From assembly GCF_047555085.1 (NCBI RefSeq), contig NZ_CP180230.1:150001-182000 (forward strand): a stretch of 32,000 bases of DNA. The letters run 5' to 3'. The notes beneath the pieces were generated by a model. It saw nothing but the letters and a program-made list of their open reading frames with translations, did not search any database and was not told the DNA's origin. The DNA comes from Candidatus Saccharimonadota bacterium (GTDB taxonomy: Archaea; Nanohalarchaeota; Nanosalinia; Nanosalinales; Nanosalinaceae). Positions 16,601 to 25,189 of this stretch are shown here, piece by piece; positions within the stretch are counted from its first letter, which is position 1, and every line of letters starts with the position of its first letter. Made by a program: the position numbers and the translations under genes.

Positions 16601-16748
16601 ATGGCGATCCTCTGTAGAGGTCGCCCGCTTAAGCAGATCTAATATCTGCGGTTGCCACTACTGGTATTACTGAAAAGAGAACTGAAGTTTTATAAATCGG
16701 GTTTAGAGAGGTCAACAGATTTAAGCCGCCGCCAGAAAAACACAGTAT

Positions 16749-17642
16749 ATGACAGGAAACGGGCCTGTAAGAATAGGCCAGGAAGTGGAGAAATTCGTCA
16801 ACAATCCGGGGCCTGTACTAAGACAGGTAGAAAGCTTCAGACAGAAACTTGACAGAAATCTGGAGAAAGTCCTACAAGATGCCGAGAAAGGAATAGAAAA
16901 CAGTTTACTCGGCCATCCACAGGAACCTGAAGTATACCCGATATTCACACCAGAACTTACTGAAGTAGGAGAAGACAGACTGCTTATTGCCTTGTCTATA
17001 GCACTTTTCGAACTTGCCAATCCCTCCAGTGACCCGCTTCACAGAAAACTTGAAAACACTAGCGAGGCCTCAGTGGGGAAAACTGCTGAAGGCCTGCTCA
17101 ACGGATTCAGGAACGGACAGTTCAACTGGAGTGCAAAATACGAGAAAGAGGACAACTCCATGCTTTTCAACGAAATACCTGAAAAACAGCTGCCTCCAAG
17201 CACGGAAGCACCTGACATACTTGCATTCCTCTGGAACGGATTAAACAGCTCCATCGACGCAGGAGTAGACAGGAACTACGGAATAGGCCTCAGAACACTC
17301 GAAGCCAACACCGTACACGAAATGACACACGCACTCAACACACAGGCCACTACACCGCTGAAAAACAGTAAAACAGAAGTAATCGATGAGGCCTCCGCCA
17401 TGGCATCAACTTACGTAGTAGGAGGCAAGATGCCGGATGAAGACTACAGTGATGAAGGCCTGAATCAGAGAGAACTTGAACAGGCCAGAAAAATACTTGG
17501 AAGATTCGTGGATGAAAAAGGCCACAGAAAAGAAACTGTCTCACTGATAAGAAATATCTCAATCCGCAGCATACAGATCCTTGCCGATAACCCGGGCCAC
17601 GACACCACTAAAGTACTGGAAAACTCGATAAATCAACTCTAG
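16749..17642 (+). CDS. hypothetical protein with an HExxH (zincin-like) motif
   Basis: 297-aa ORF containing TVHEMTHAL, a candidate zinc-metallopeptidase HExxH motif. No other recognisable domain, so the call is tentative. Confidence 0.4.
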   Translation: MTGNGPVRIGQEVEKFVNNPGPVLRQVESFRQKLDRNLEKVLQDAEKGIENSLLGHPQEPEVYPIFTPELTEVGEDRLLIALSIALFELANPSSDPLHRKLENTSEASVGKTAEGLLNGFRNGQFNWSAKYEKEDNSMLFNEIPEKQLPPSTEAPDILAFLWNGLNSSIDAGVDRNYGIGLRTLEANTVHEMTHALNTQATTPLKNSKTEVIDEASAMASTYVVGGKMPDEDYSDEGLNQRELEQARKILGRFVDEKGHRKETVSLIRNISIRSIQILADNPGHDTTKVLENSINQL

Positions 17643-17681
17643 AAAAAACTTTTTCTCCACAAAAAAGGAAAAAGAAAAAAG

Positions 17682-17712
17682 TGAGAGGCCTCAAAAATTC
17701 AGAGGCCTCTCA
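17682..17712. terminator. bidirectional terminator hairpin (TGAGAGGCCTC-aaaaattca-GAGGCCTCTCA)
   Basis: Perfect 11-bp stem lying between two convergent genes (stops at 17642 and 17724). It is flanked by A-runs on the plus strand, which read as T-runs on the minus strand. Each arm contains AGGCCT. Confidence 0.6.
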
Positions 17713-17723
17713 AATGAGATTTT

Positions 17724-20700
17724 TTATTCTACGACGCTGCCTGAAGCAGTATCGACTGTGACCTGTGTCTCGCCGGAAAGAGCTTCTTCATGCTGGCCAT
17801 AGTTAGCCAGGAAGTTTCCTGCAGCTCTCGTATCTTCTCCGGTGTAACCTGCAACGACAAGAGCATCATGCTCGTCGTTAAAGGCCTCAGGTACAAGCTG
17901 TAGAAGGCCTTCTCCCTCTGTGTAATCACTTGTACTCCAGGTCTTGTTCATGTCAGCAAGATCCTGCACAAGTCCGTTCGCAGCAGGCCCTCCGACAAGA
18001 ATCAAGTTCCTGTTGTCCTGAACTTCACTGATGTAATCGTCGCTGTCAAGAGCAACGCTCTGAGCAGGCCATCCGGTCGGCATCATCGACTCAACTGTAC
18101 CGGTAGCACCAGCAGAAGCACTCAGGCCTCCCTCGGCACCAGTAACAGCAGCACCAGCCGTAGACTGGCCATCAGGAATATTCAACGTGAACTCTCCCTG
18201 ACCATCATCATCGTACTCGGAATAAGCACCGAATACATCATAACCGGCCTCTACATTGTCATCAGACTCAAGAGTCTGCTGCTCTCTCGTGTCACCAGTA
18301 TAAGACGCATCCTGTACATCAAGTTCATCATCGTCAGCATCATCGTAACTGACGGTGTTGATGTAGGCGTTCTCGTTGTCACTGTCGTCCTCAGGTTCCA
18401 TGGTGATTGCTGCAACACTTACTGGATCTACGCTTGTAGAGCCACTTTCTGTGTAAGTAGTTGTAGGATCGCTCTGAGGATTGATAGTGAACTTTGTAGG
18501 ATTACTGCCCGAGGTTACATCGGTTGTGTTCATCCTTACACGGACATCTCTGTCAGCTGTTAGAGAGGATGGAGGGCTGTCGTTGAAGTCAAGAGTCACT
18601 GTGTTGCCATTGTTGCTTGTTGTGGCTTGGCTTACAGTAACACTTGTCCATCCGCCGCTTCCATCAGCGTAATCTACTGTGTAGTTGGATGTAGCACTTG
18701 GAAGCTGGACGTCATCGTCAGTAATCTCTATCTGATCTAGACTATCTCCAGCACTGTTGTCGCTTACCGGTGCTGTCAACTGTGTATCGCTACTGCTATC
18801 GCTTGCAAAGTAGTCGGAAACGGTGATGCTTAGAGTGGTGTCTGTTGACTCTGTTACTGTTGCAGGAGCAACGTGTAGATCGTTTCCATCATATCTTGCT
18901 CTGTAATCAAGCTGTCCTACTGTGAATGTACTAGAGCTTGATGGAACTGTAACGTCTACCTGCTGTTCATCAGTTGACTCTGTGCTTGGAAGCTCAAGTG
19001 TTACTGTATCTCCTTCAGATACGTCCTGAGCTACTACTGCATCCTTTGCTAGAGCGATTGCTGCACCTGAGTCTGTGTCTACAGGTGTAAATACTGATGT
19101 GGCTCCGTCTCCAGACTGACCTGTATCCTCGTAACCTGCACTATCGCCCCAGGTTACTTCTAGACCGGTATCGCTGCCAGAGTCGGTAGCTGAGTCGCTG
19201 TCGTAGTCGAAGTAGTAGGTCTGTCCATCGATGATTTCTTCTCCCTGTGCCTGTGTATCGTCGACGTCTCCGTCGTCGTGGTCAAGTTCTACTTCTACTG
19301 TGTTGCCTGTTACAGCATCACGTAGATCGACTGTTGATTCTTCGTTGTCGCTTGAATCGAAGTCTACGCTTGTGACTTCCCACATGTGTGCGAAGTCTCC
19401 TGCGTCTGTTGCGAAGTACTCGTCTTCAGCAACTGGCTGTCCTTCTGCGGAAACAATTGCGTCTCCGTCGCTGTCTGCCAGTTCAACTACCTGATCATCT
19501 TCTTCATCGTAGAAAGCCCATTCAACTGATGCGGAGTCTCCGTTGTTTCCTGTGAAGTCGATTGTTGCTGTGTCGTCTCCGCTTGTTGAGACTTCTACCT
19601 GTCCGACGTTTTCTCCGTTCTCTGAAGCGTCAGGATTCAGGCCGCCGAAGTGTACTTCGACGTCTTCGAACATGCTGTGGCTCCAGGAATCTCCTGCAGC
19701 AAGATAATCGCTGTCGTCATCCTCGGATCCAAGGTATAGATCGATTGAAGAAACTCCTTCTCCAAGATTGCCGCTTGTCAGTCCTCCATCGCCGTTGAAC
19801 ATGACGTGTGTTCCTTCGATTTCGTCTCCATCGTCATCTTCAATAGCTGAATCGTGCGATAGGACTAGTTCTTCGCTTCCGATTGCGAACTGTACGACTC
19901 CGCTGCTTGACTCGGAACCGCCGGTCTTGATGATCTGGTCTACTCGGACCTGCTGTCCGTCGATGTTGAATGTAGCATCGGTGTCCTCGCTTCTGAGGTT
20001 GCCGTCTACACGGATAGCAGCGTTACCATCAGAACCTCCGCTGTTGACGGATACGACTTCTAGTGTGTGTTCTTCGCCGTTGATGGTGACTGTTGTGCTT
20101 TCGCCTGTTTCGACTGTTACTTCTTCGCTTGAACCGTAAAGAACTAGCTCACTATCATCGTAAGCATTGTCGTCCTGTGATACGGTGTAGGTCTTTCCGA
20201 ACAGTTCGATTTCCTCTCCCTGAACATCTTCATCGGAGAAGTTCAGACTGTCTCCGAAGTTTGCCTGAAGGTTGACAAGGTAATCTTCATCGTTTACCTC
20301 GCCTTCAGATGGGACAGGAACGTGAAGAACAGGATCTTCGTTGTCAAGTCCATCAACGTCGTTACCGAAGCTGATATCCTTGGCTCCTACATTCAGGTAA
20401 CTTGTAATATCGGTCTCTGTACCTGAATCATCTCTGAACGTTGTCTCTGCAAGGAAGTCCAGATCGTCTTCTGTAAGTGTCTCTCGAACTGAATCAAGAG
20501 TATCTCCGAAGTAAAGCTGATCGTTCCTTGTATCCAGAGTAACTCCGCCGTCTGCACTCCAACCGAAGCTACCGGAAACATCAACAGATCTTGTCTCAGA
20601 CATTGCAGCATCGTTACCAAGCTGACCTGCAATCTCTGTAGCAGCTACAACATCTGTAGCCTTAGCGTCTGCTCCCATAACAAGAGTGGAAGCAATCTCA

Positions 20701-20873
20701 CCGTCATCATTGATGAACGGGTGAGGATAATCTCCTAGATCGCCGGATCCACTTGACCCACTGTGAGAACTAGCTGAAACCATTGCTGCTCCTCCAGCAA
20801 TAGTAGCTCCTACCAGTAGTGCGGTTCCTGCGACTGCCTTCGAACTTTCTTTGATCTTTTCAATTCGTTTCAT
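17724..20873 (-). CDS. secreted S-layer-type surface (glyco)protein, paralog 1 (1049 aa)
   Basis: - N-terminal signal/anchor: KAVAGTALLVGATIAGGAAMVSA.
- LGDYPHPFI-x-DG...LVMGADAKATDVVAATEIAGQLG matches the archaeal S-layer N-terminal pattern (LxDYPxPFV...vVvG..A...DV.aA..IA..L).
- The C-terminal NLILVGGPAAN...ALVVAGYTGEDTRAAGNFLANY matches the S-layer C-terminal pattern.
- Extremely D/S/T/G/V-rich with many N-x-S/T sequons.
- GGTGA Shine-Dalgarno sequence 9 nt before the ATG. Confidence 0.7.
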   Translation of the reverse strand: MKRIEKIKESSKAVAGTALLVGATIAGGAAMVSASSHSGSSGSGDLGDYPHPFINDDGEIASTLVMGADAKATDVVAATEIAGQLGNDAAMSETRSVDVSGSFGWSADGGVTLDTRNDQLYFGDTLDSVRETLTEDDLDFLAETTFRDDSGTETDITSYLNVGAKDISFGNDVDGLDNEDPVLHVPVPSEGEVNDEDYLVNLQANFGDSLNFSDEDVQGEEIELFGKTYTVSQDDNAYDDSELVLYGSSEEVTVETGESTTVTINGEEHTLEVVSVNSGGSDGNAAIRVDGNLRSEDTDATFNIDGQQVRVDQIIKTGGSESSSGVVQFAIGSEELVLSHDSAIEDDDGDEIEGTHVMFNGDGGLTSGNLGEGVSSIDLYLGSEDDDSDYLAAGDSWSHSMFEDVEVHFGGLNPDASENGENVGQVEVSTSGDDTATIDFTGNNGDSASVEWAFYDEEDDQVVELADSDGDAIVSAEGQPVAEDEYFATDAGDFAHMWEVTSVDFDSSDNEESTVDLRDAVTGNTVEVELDHDDGDVDDTQAQGEEIIDGQTYYFDYDSDSATDSGSDTGLEVTWGDSAGYEDTGQSGDGATSVFTPVDTDSGAAIALAKDAVVAQDVSEGDTVTLELPSTESTDEQQVDVTVPSSSSTFTVGQLDYRARYDGNDLHVAPATVTESTDTTLSITVSDYFASDSSSDTQLTAPVSDNSAGDSLDQIEITDDDVQLPSATSNYTVDYADGSGGWTSVTVSQATTSNNGNTVTLDFNDSPPSSLTADRDVRVRMNTTDVTSGSNPTKFTINPQSDPTTTYTESGSTSVDPVSVAAITMEPEDDSDNENAYINTVSYDDADDDELDVQDASYTGDTREQQTLESDDNVEAGYDVFGAYSEYDDDGQGEFTLNIPDGQSTAGAAVTGAEGGLSASAGATGTVESMMPTGWPAQSVALDSDDYISEVQDNRNLILVGGPAANGLVQDLADMNKTWSTSDYTEGEGLLQLVPEAFNDEHDALVVAGYTGEDTRAAGNFLANYGQHEEALSGETQVTVDTASGSVVE

Positions 20874-21034
20874 GTGTGTAATTCACCTTGAATTCTTTAA
20901 CTCCAGAGAGTTCTCCCTGGAAAAGTGGCTCTAGTGTAACCACTTCGTGCGCGCGCACAGTTCAAAATTATATTTTATAGCTGAGTTACTGCGAGATAGC
21001 GATTTCTAACTGTGCAGTACAAGAATAAAATGTC

Positions 21035-21066
21035 CCAACCTTTTAAATCCTTTGCCTTAAAGGCCT
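21035..21066 (-). promoter_or_regulatory. candidate distal promoter box for S-layer paralog 1 (minus strand: AGGCCTTTAAGGCAAAGGATTTAAAAGGTTGG)
   Basis: A near-identical block occurs upstream of paralog 2 at 24399-24430 and contains a TTTAAAA TATA-like core. A second conserved TATA-like element (ATAAAATA on the minus strand) lies nearer the genes, at ~20969-20978 and ~24200-24208. Confidence 0.3.
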
Positions 21067-21212
21067 TTTTACAGCTTGTAAACACGTCTTAACAATTTTT
21101 CAGGCCCGTAAAAATATTCAGACGCTTTTTCAACCAGTTAGAAATAATTTCGAACTTTCAGAATCAGTTAAATTGTATCTAGTAAGTGAAAATAAAAAGA
21201 GAAAGAAAAAAG

Positions 21213-21238
21213 TGAAAGGCCCCGTTAGAGGCCTTTCA
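21213..21238 (-). terminator. terminator hairpin after S-layer paralog 2 (TGAAAGGCC-ccgttaga-GGCCTTTCA)
   Basis: Perfect 9-bp stem 12 nt after the stop at 21250, followed on the minus strand by a T-rich tract (CTTTTTTCTTTCTCTTTTTATTTT). Confidence 0.55.
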
Positions 21239-21249
21239 AGGAGACAGGA

Positions 21250-24108
21250 TTACTGTACAACACTTCCTTCTGCTGTGTTGATTGTAACCTGTGTCTCTCC
21301 GTCAAGAGCTTCTTCGTGCTGTCCGTAGTTGGACAGGAAGCGACCTGCTTCTCTTGTGTCTTCTCCGGTGTAACCGGCGACTACAAGTGCGTCGTGGTTC
21401 TCGTTGAATGCTTCAGGTACAAGCTGTAGAAGGCCTTCTCCCTCTGTGTAATCGCTTGTACTCCAGGTCTTGTTGGCGTCAGCTAGCTCCTGTGTTAGGC
21501 TGTTAGCTGCCGGTCCTCCAACAAGGATCAGATTCCTGTCGTTCTTGACTTCGCCGATGTAATCGTCGCTGTCAAGAGCAACACTCTGAGCAGGCCATCC
21601 AGTAGGTGTCATTGTCTCTACACTACCAGAAGCTCCTGCGGAAGCTGAAAGACTTCCATCCTGTCCAGTCACAGCAACTCCAGCTGTAGACTGTCCATCA
21701 GGAAGATGCAATGTGAAGCTTCCCTGACCATCGCTGTCGTACTCGGAGTAAGCTCCGAATACATCATATCCAGCGCTGACATCGTCGTCAGACTCCATCG
21801 TTACCCAATCATCTGTGTCTCCGTTGATTGTGGCTGTTGTCGATGGAGATCCTACTGTAAGTTCCTCATCACCAGAATCGTATCCGTTGGTGATTGTGTA
21901 GGTGTTCTCTGTGTCGCTATCGTCTTCAGGCTCGATAACGAGTGCTGCAGGATCAGTCTCTGAAGGTGAAACTGTTAGAGAGCTTCCACTAGCGTCAAAC
22001 GTGTAAGTCTCTCCTCCGTTTACCTGTGCTGTCAAGACTCCGTCGTTGTCATCGTCTCCGACTGTAACGCCAGAGCTTGATTCTACGTTGTTGATGGTGT
22101 TTGTATCTACATCGTAGTCGAAGTGAACTGTCGCTTCATCTGTAGATTCGGTAGATGGCAGTTCGTAGACTACATCAGTATCTGATCCGGTGCTGGAGCT
22201 GTCTAGTGTTGCTGTCTGTGTGAATGCTACTGATGCTCCAGAATCAGTGTCTAGAGGTGTGAATACTGAAGTTGTGCCTGTTGTGACGCCGGTATCGGTG
22301 TCATCGTCGTTACCGGTAAAGTCTGATGAGTCTCCCCATGCTACCTGTAGACCGGTTCCTGTTGAGTCGCCATCTAGGACGAAATGGTATGCCTGTCCAT
22401 CGATGATTTCTTCGCCGACGTAGTCAACGTGGGATCTGTCGCCTGTACTGTCGTCTGGCTGTGCGTCTAGTTCTACTTCTACTGTGTTGCCTGTTACAGC
22501 GTCACGTAGATCGATTGTTGCTTCGTCGCCTACTGAAGGTGTGTTGCTGTTTGAGTCTGTGTCTCTATCGATGCTTGTTACTTCCCACATGTGTGCGAAG
22601 TCTCCGGCATCTGCTGCGAAGTACTCGTCTTCTGCGATAGACTGTCCTTCAACTGAGATGAAGTTGTGTCCGTCTGAGTCAGCTAGTTCTAGGCCGTCTC
22701 CTGTAACAGGTTCTCCATCTTCAGGATCTGCTCCATAAATGTAGTTAATTGAAGCATCGTCTCCTGAGTCTCCTGTCATATCCAGTGTGACTGTGTCGTC
22801 GCCTGAAGTTGAAACTTCAACCATGCCGACGTTGTCTCCTGCTTCCTGTGCGTCAGGATTCAGACCGCCGAATTGTAGCTCGACGTCTTCGAACATGCTG
22901 TGGGAGAATGTTTCTCCTGCTGTGACGTAATTTTCGTCGTCATCTTCTGCACCGACATAAACGTCAATGCTGGAAATCTCTACTCCATCATCGGATGCGA
23001 CGATGTCTGTTACATCTGAATCTCCATTGAATTCAACGTGTGATCCTTCGATGTCGTCGCCGTCTTCATCCTGAATAGGCTCGCCATCTACAAGAGTTAG
23101 TTCTTCTGATCCGATTGCGAACTGTACTACTCCAGAGCTTGACTCAGATCCTCCTGTTTTGATGATCTGGTCTACTCGGACCTGCTGTCCGTCGATGTTG
23201 AATGTTGCGTCAGTGTCTTCAGATCTTAGTGATCCGTCGACTCTGATTGCTGCGTTTCCGTCGTCTCCGCCGGAGTTGACAGATACAACTTCTAGAGTGT
23301 GTTCTTCGCCGTTGATTGTAACGGTTGTGGATTCTCCAGTTTCGACTGTTACTTCTTCCTGTGCTCCGTAAAGAAGAAGCTCGTCAGCGTCTAGGTCTCC
23401 TCTCTGTCCGTTTTCGTTCTCCTGTGCGATTGTGTAAGTCTTTCCGAACAGTTCGATTTCCTCTCCAGCTACATCGCTGTCAGAGAAATCAAGACTGTCT
23501 CCGAAGTTTGCCTGAAGGTTGTAAACGTATGTGGTTGCGTCTACGCTTCCTTCGGCTGCATTTCCGAAGTCTACGTGAAGAGCTGGATCTTCGTCTTCTT
23601 CAGCTTCTCCGAAAGTTACAGGATGCTCTCCTACATTCAGGTATGTTGTGATGTCTGTTGATGTTCCTGAATCGTCCTGGAATGTTGTCTCTGCAAGGAA
23701 GTCTAGATCGTCCTGTGTTAGTGTCTCTCTTACTTCGTCAATGTTGTCGCCGAAGTAGAGGTTGTCGTTTCTTGTGTCTAGTGTTGTTCCTCCGTCTGCG
23801 CTCCATCCGAAGCTTCCTGCTACGTCAACTGATTCTGTGGATGTTGAGAATGCGTCGTTTCCTAGCTGTCCTGCGATTTCTGTTGCAGCTACGACGTCTG
23901 TTGCTTTTGCGTCTGCTCCCATTACAAGAGTAGATGCTACGTTGCCATCATCGTCGATGAATGGACTTGGATAGTCGCCTAGGTCACCACTTGACCCGCT
24001 GTCCTGAGCAGATACCATTGCAGCTCCTCCTGCAATTGTTGCTCCGACCAGCAGTGCGGTTCCTGCGACTGCTTTAGAACTTTCTTTGATCTTGGTAATT
24101 GTTTTCAT
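21250..24108 (-). CDS. secreted S-layer-type surface (glyco)protein, paralog 2 (~952 aa)
   Basis: Same N-terminal signal, S-layer N- and C-terminal blocks and several near-identical internal blocks as paralog 1. I chose ATG 24108 because MKTITKIKESS aligns with MKRIEKIKESS of paralog 1 and GGTGA lies 10 nt upstream. The ORF track extends to GTG 24120. Confidence 0.7.
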   Translation of the reverse strand: MKTITKIKESSKAVAGTALLVGATIAGGAAMVSAQDSGSSGDLGDYPSPFIDDDGNVASTLVMGADAKATDVVAATEIAGQLGNDAFSTSTESVDVAGSFGWSADGGTTLDTRNDNLYFGDNIDEVRETLTQDDLDFLAETTFQDDSGTSTDITTYLNVGEHPVTFGEAEEDEDPALHVDFGNAAEGSVDATTYVYNLQANFGDSLDFSDSDVAGEEIELFGKTYTIAQENENGQRGDLDADELLLYGAQEEVTVETGESTTVTINGEEHTLEVVSVNSGGDDGNAAIRVDGSLRSEDTDATFNIDGQQVRVDQIIKTGGSESSSGVVQFAIGSEELTLVDGEPIQDEDGDDIEGSHVEFNGDSDVTDIVASDDGVEISSIDVYVGAEDDDENYVTAGETFSHSMFEDVELQFGGLNPDAQEAGDNVGMVEVSTSGDDTVTLDMTGDSGDDASINYIYGADPEDGEPVTGDGLELADSDGHNFISVEGQSIAEDEYFAADAGDFAHMWEVTSIDRDTDSNSNTPSVGDEATIDLRDAVTGNTVEVELDAQPDDSTGDRSHVDYVGEEIIDGQAYHFVLDGDSTGTGLQVAWGDSSDFTGNDDDTDTGVTTGTTSVFTPLDTDSGASVAFTQTATLDSSSTGSDTDVVYELPSTESTDEATVHFDYDVDTNTINNVESSSGVTVGDDDNDGVLTAQVNGGETYTFDASGSSLTVSPSETDPAALVIEPEDDSDTENTYTITNGYDSGDEELTVGSPSTTATINGDTDDWVTMESDDDVSAGYDVFGAYSEYDSDGQGSFTLHLPDGQSTAGVAVTGQDGSLSASAGASGSVETMTPTGWPAQSVALDSDDYIGEVKNDRNLILVGGPAANSLTQELADANKTWSTSDYTEGEGLLQLVPEAFNENHDALVVAGYTGEDTREAGRFLSNYGQHEEALDGETQVTINTAEGSVVQ

Positions 24109-24398
24109 GTTTGAAGTCACCGTGTTGTTGATTGTTTGAAGACGCGTTGTGTCTTCGAGTCGGTGGCTGGTAGGCCACGCGTGTGCACGTGTGTTTTCTT
24201 TATTTTATGAACAGGCCTGTGCCTGGACCCGTCACGGATCTTTTGTATCGAAGCAGTTTCCGATGCTGCTTCGCGGGATCCCGTTCCCGGAAAAAAACCT
24301 GAGTCGATTGCTTCCTGACTCAATCACTATAGCGGGAAACCTGAGATCCATCGGCTATCGCTGTATCTGGCCGAAGTCCTTGTTCCAACCATTACCAC

Positions 24399-24430
24399 CC
24401 TACCTTTTTAAACCCTTTGAATAAAGGCCT
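24399..24430 (-). promoter_or_regulatory. candidate distal promoter box for S-layer paralog 2 (minus strand: AGGCCTTTATTCAAAGGGTTTAAAAAGGTAGG)
   Basis: Conserved with 21035-21066 and has a TATA-like TTTAAAAA core. If used, it implies a ~290-nt leader. Confidence 0.3.
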
Positions 24431-24490
24431 GTTCTAACCGTTCATGCACTGTTCTAACACGTTCTTTACCGTTCAAATTCCTGATTCAAC

Positions 24491-24684
24491 GTTTTAGAAT
24501 CCTTCTTTCGTTAATCAAAACTCTTAGAACTTTACAGAGAGGCCTGAAAATGTCTTTCCGGGCTTCTATACAAACTATATTTTACAGGTTTTCAATCTTT
24601 TTCTAGAGGCCTGAAAATCTTTCTCTGACTTATTGAGGCCTGTTTGAATCTTTATGAACTTTTAGAGTCTGAAAAATCTTTCCC
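24491..24684. repeat. array of 4-6 degenerate direct repeats, consensus ~T(T/C)TAGAGGCCTGAAAAT-CTTTC
   Basis: Copies read directly from the sequence:
- 24536-24559: AGAGAGGCCTGAAAATGTCTTTCC
- 24603-24625: CTAGAGGCCTGAAAATCTTTCTC
- 24631-24656: TATTGAGGCCTGTTTGAATCTTTATG
- 24661-24684: TTTAGAGTCTGAAAAATCTTTCCC
- weaker copies at 24491-24510 and ~24522-24535
Related copies lie at 27001-27035, 27049-27074 and 6866-6890. Confidence 0.5.
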
Positions 24685-25189
24685 AGCATTGTTCGCCCAA
24701 CTTCGAACAGGAGTACAGGCCTCTACGTAAAGTTTTACAGGGAGAGAAAAGTTCTGGGGAAAGTTGAGGAATTCTGTATGACTGTTCACGCCGATTTTCC
24801 GCATCCTTATTTATTACTTCGGGATGAATGACTCGGTATAGGTTATGTTATCACTGACATTGATGTTGGTGGCAAGGGAGCTGGTACAGAGCTCCAGGAT
24901 CATGCTCGCATTCTAGAACTTTCCTAATTTCTTCATCAAAAATTTTTCCCGGTTCTACAATCGCCTAGAGGCCTCTATACGGAAAATATAAAAGCAAGCC
25001 CGTTTTTTGTGTAATCCGGTGAGGAAGATTCCTGGAGAACCAATAAACCAATAAGTCGAAGCAGGAGTTTTGGGGATGGTCGATAAGTACAGCTAGCTCT
25101 TCAAAAAGCTGGTATAAAAAGAATGGCTCTAGTGGACTTAACGCTAATCACTCAATTTATGGGCTCTCTAACTCTCTGATTATGGGATA

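Noticed and set aside
16602-16650. Hairpins upstream of the L18e gene (GGCGATCCTCTGTAGAGGTCGCC and GCAGATCTAATATCTGC) that looked tRNA-like or sRNA-like.
   Set aside because: There is no T-arm, no acceptor pairing and no valid anticodon-loop geometry (position 33 is not U), and no C/D boxes. This is probably just promoter or 5'-region structure.
19231-20275. Several 60-123-aa plus-strand ORFs inside S-layer paralog 1. Equivalent ORFs lie at 22190-23974 inside paralog 2.
   Set aside because: They are antisense read-throughs of D/E/S/T-rich genes and give Ser/Leu/Arg/Cys-rich low-complexity peptides unlike the acidic proteome. The minus-strand ORFs are long, paralogous and carry recognisable S-layer motifs.
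24491-24684. Possible CRISPR array, because of the repeated ~22-nt motif.
   Set aside because: The repeats are degenerate and the spacing is irregular (about 5-40 nt, with no spacer-sized uniform gaps). The motif also recurs singly elsewhere, and no cas genes are present.
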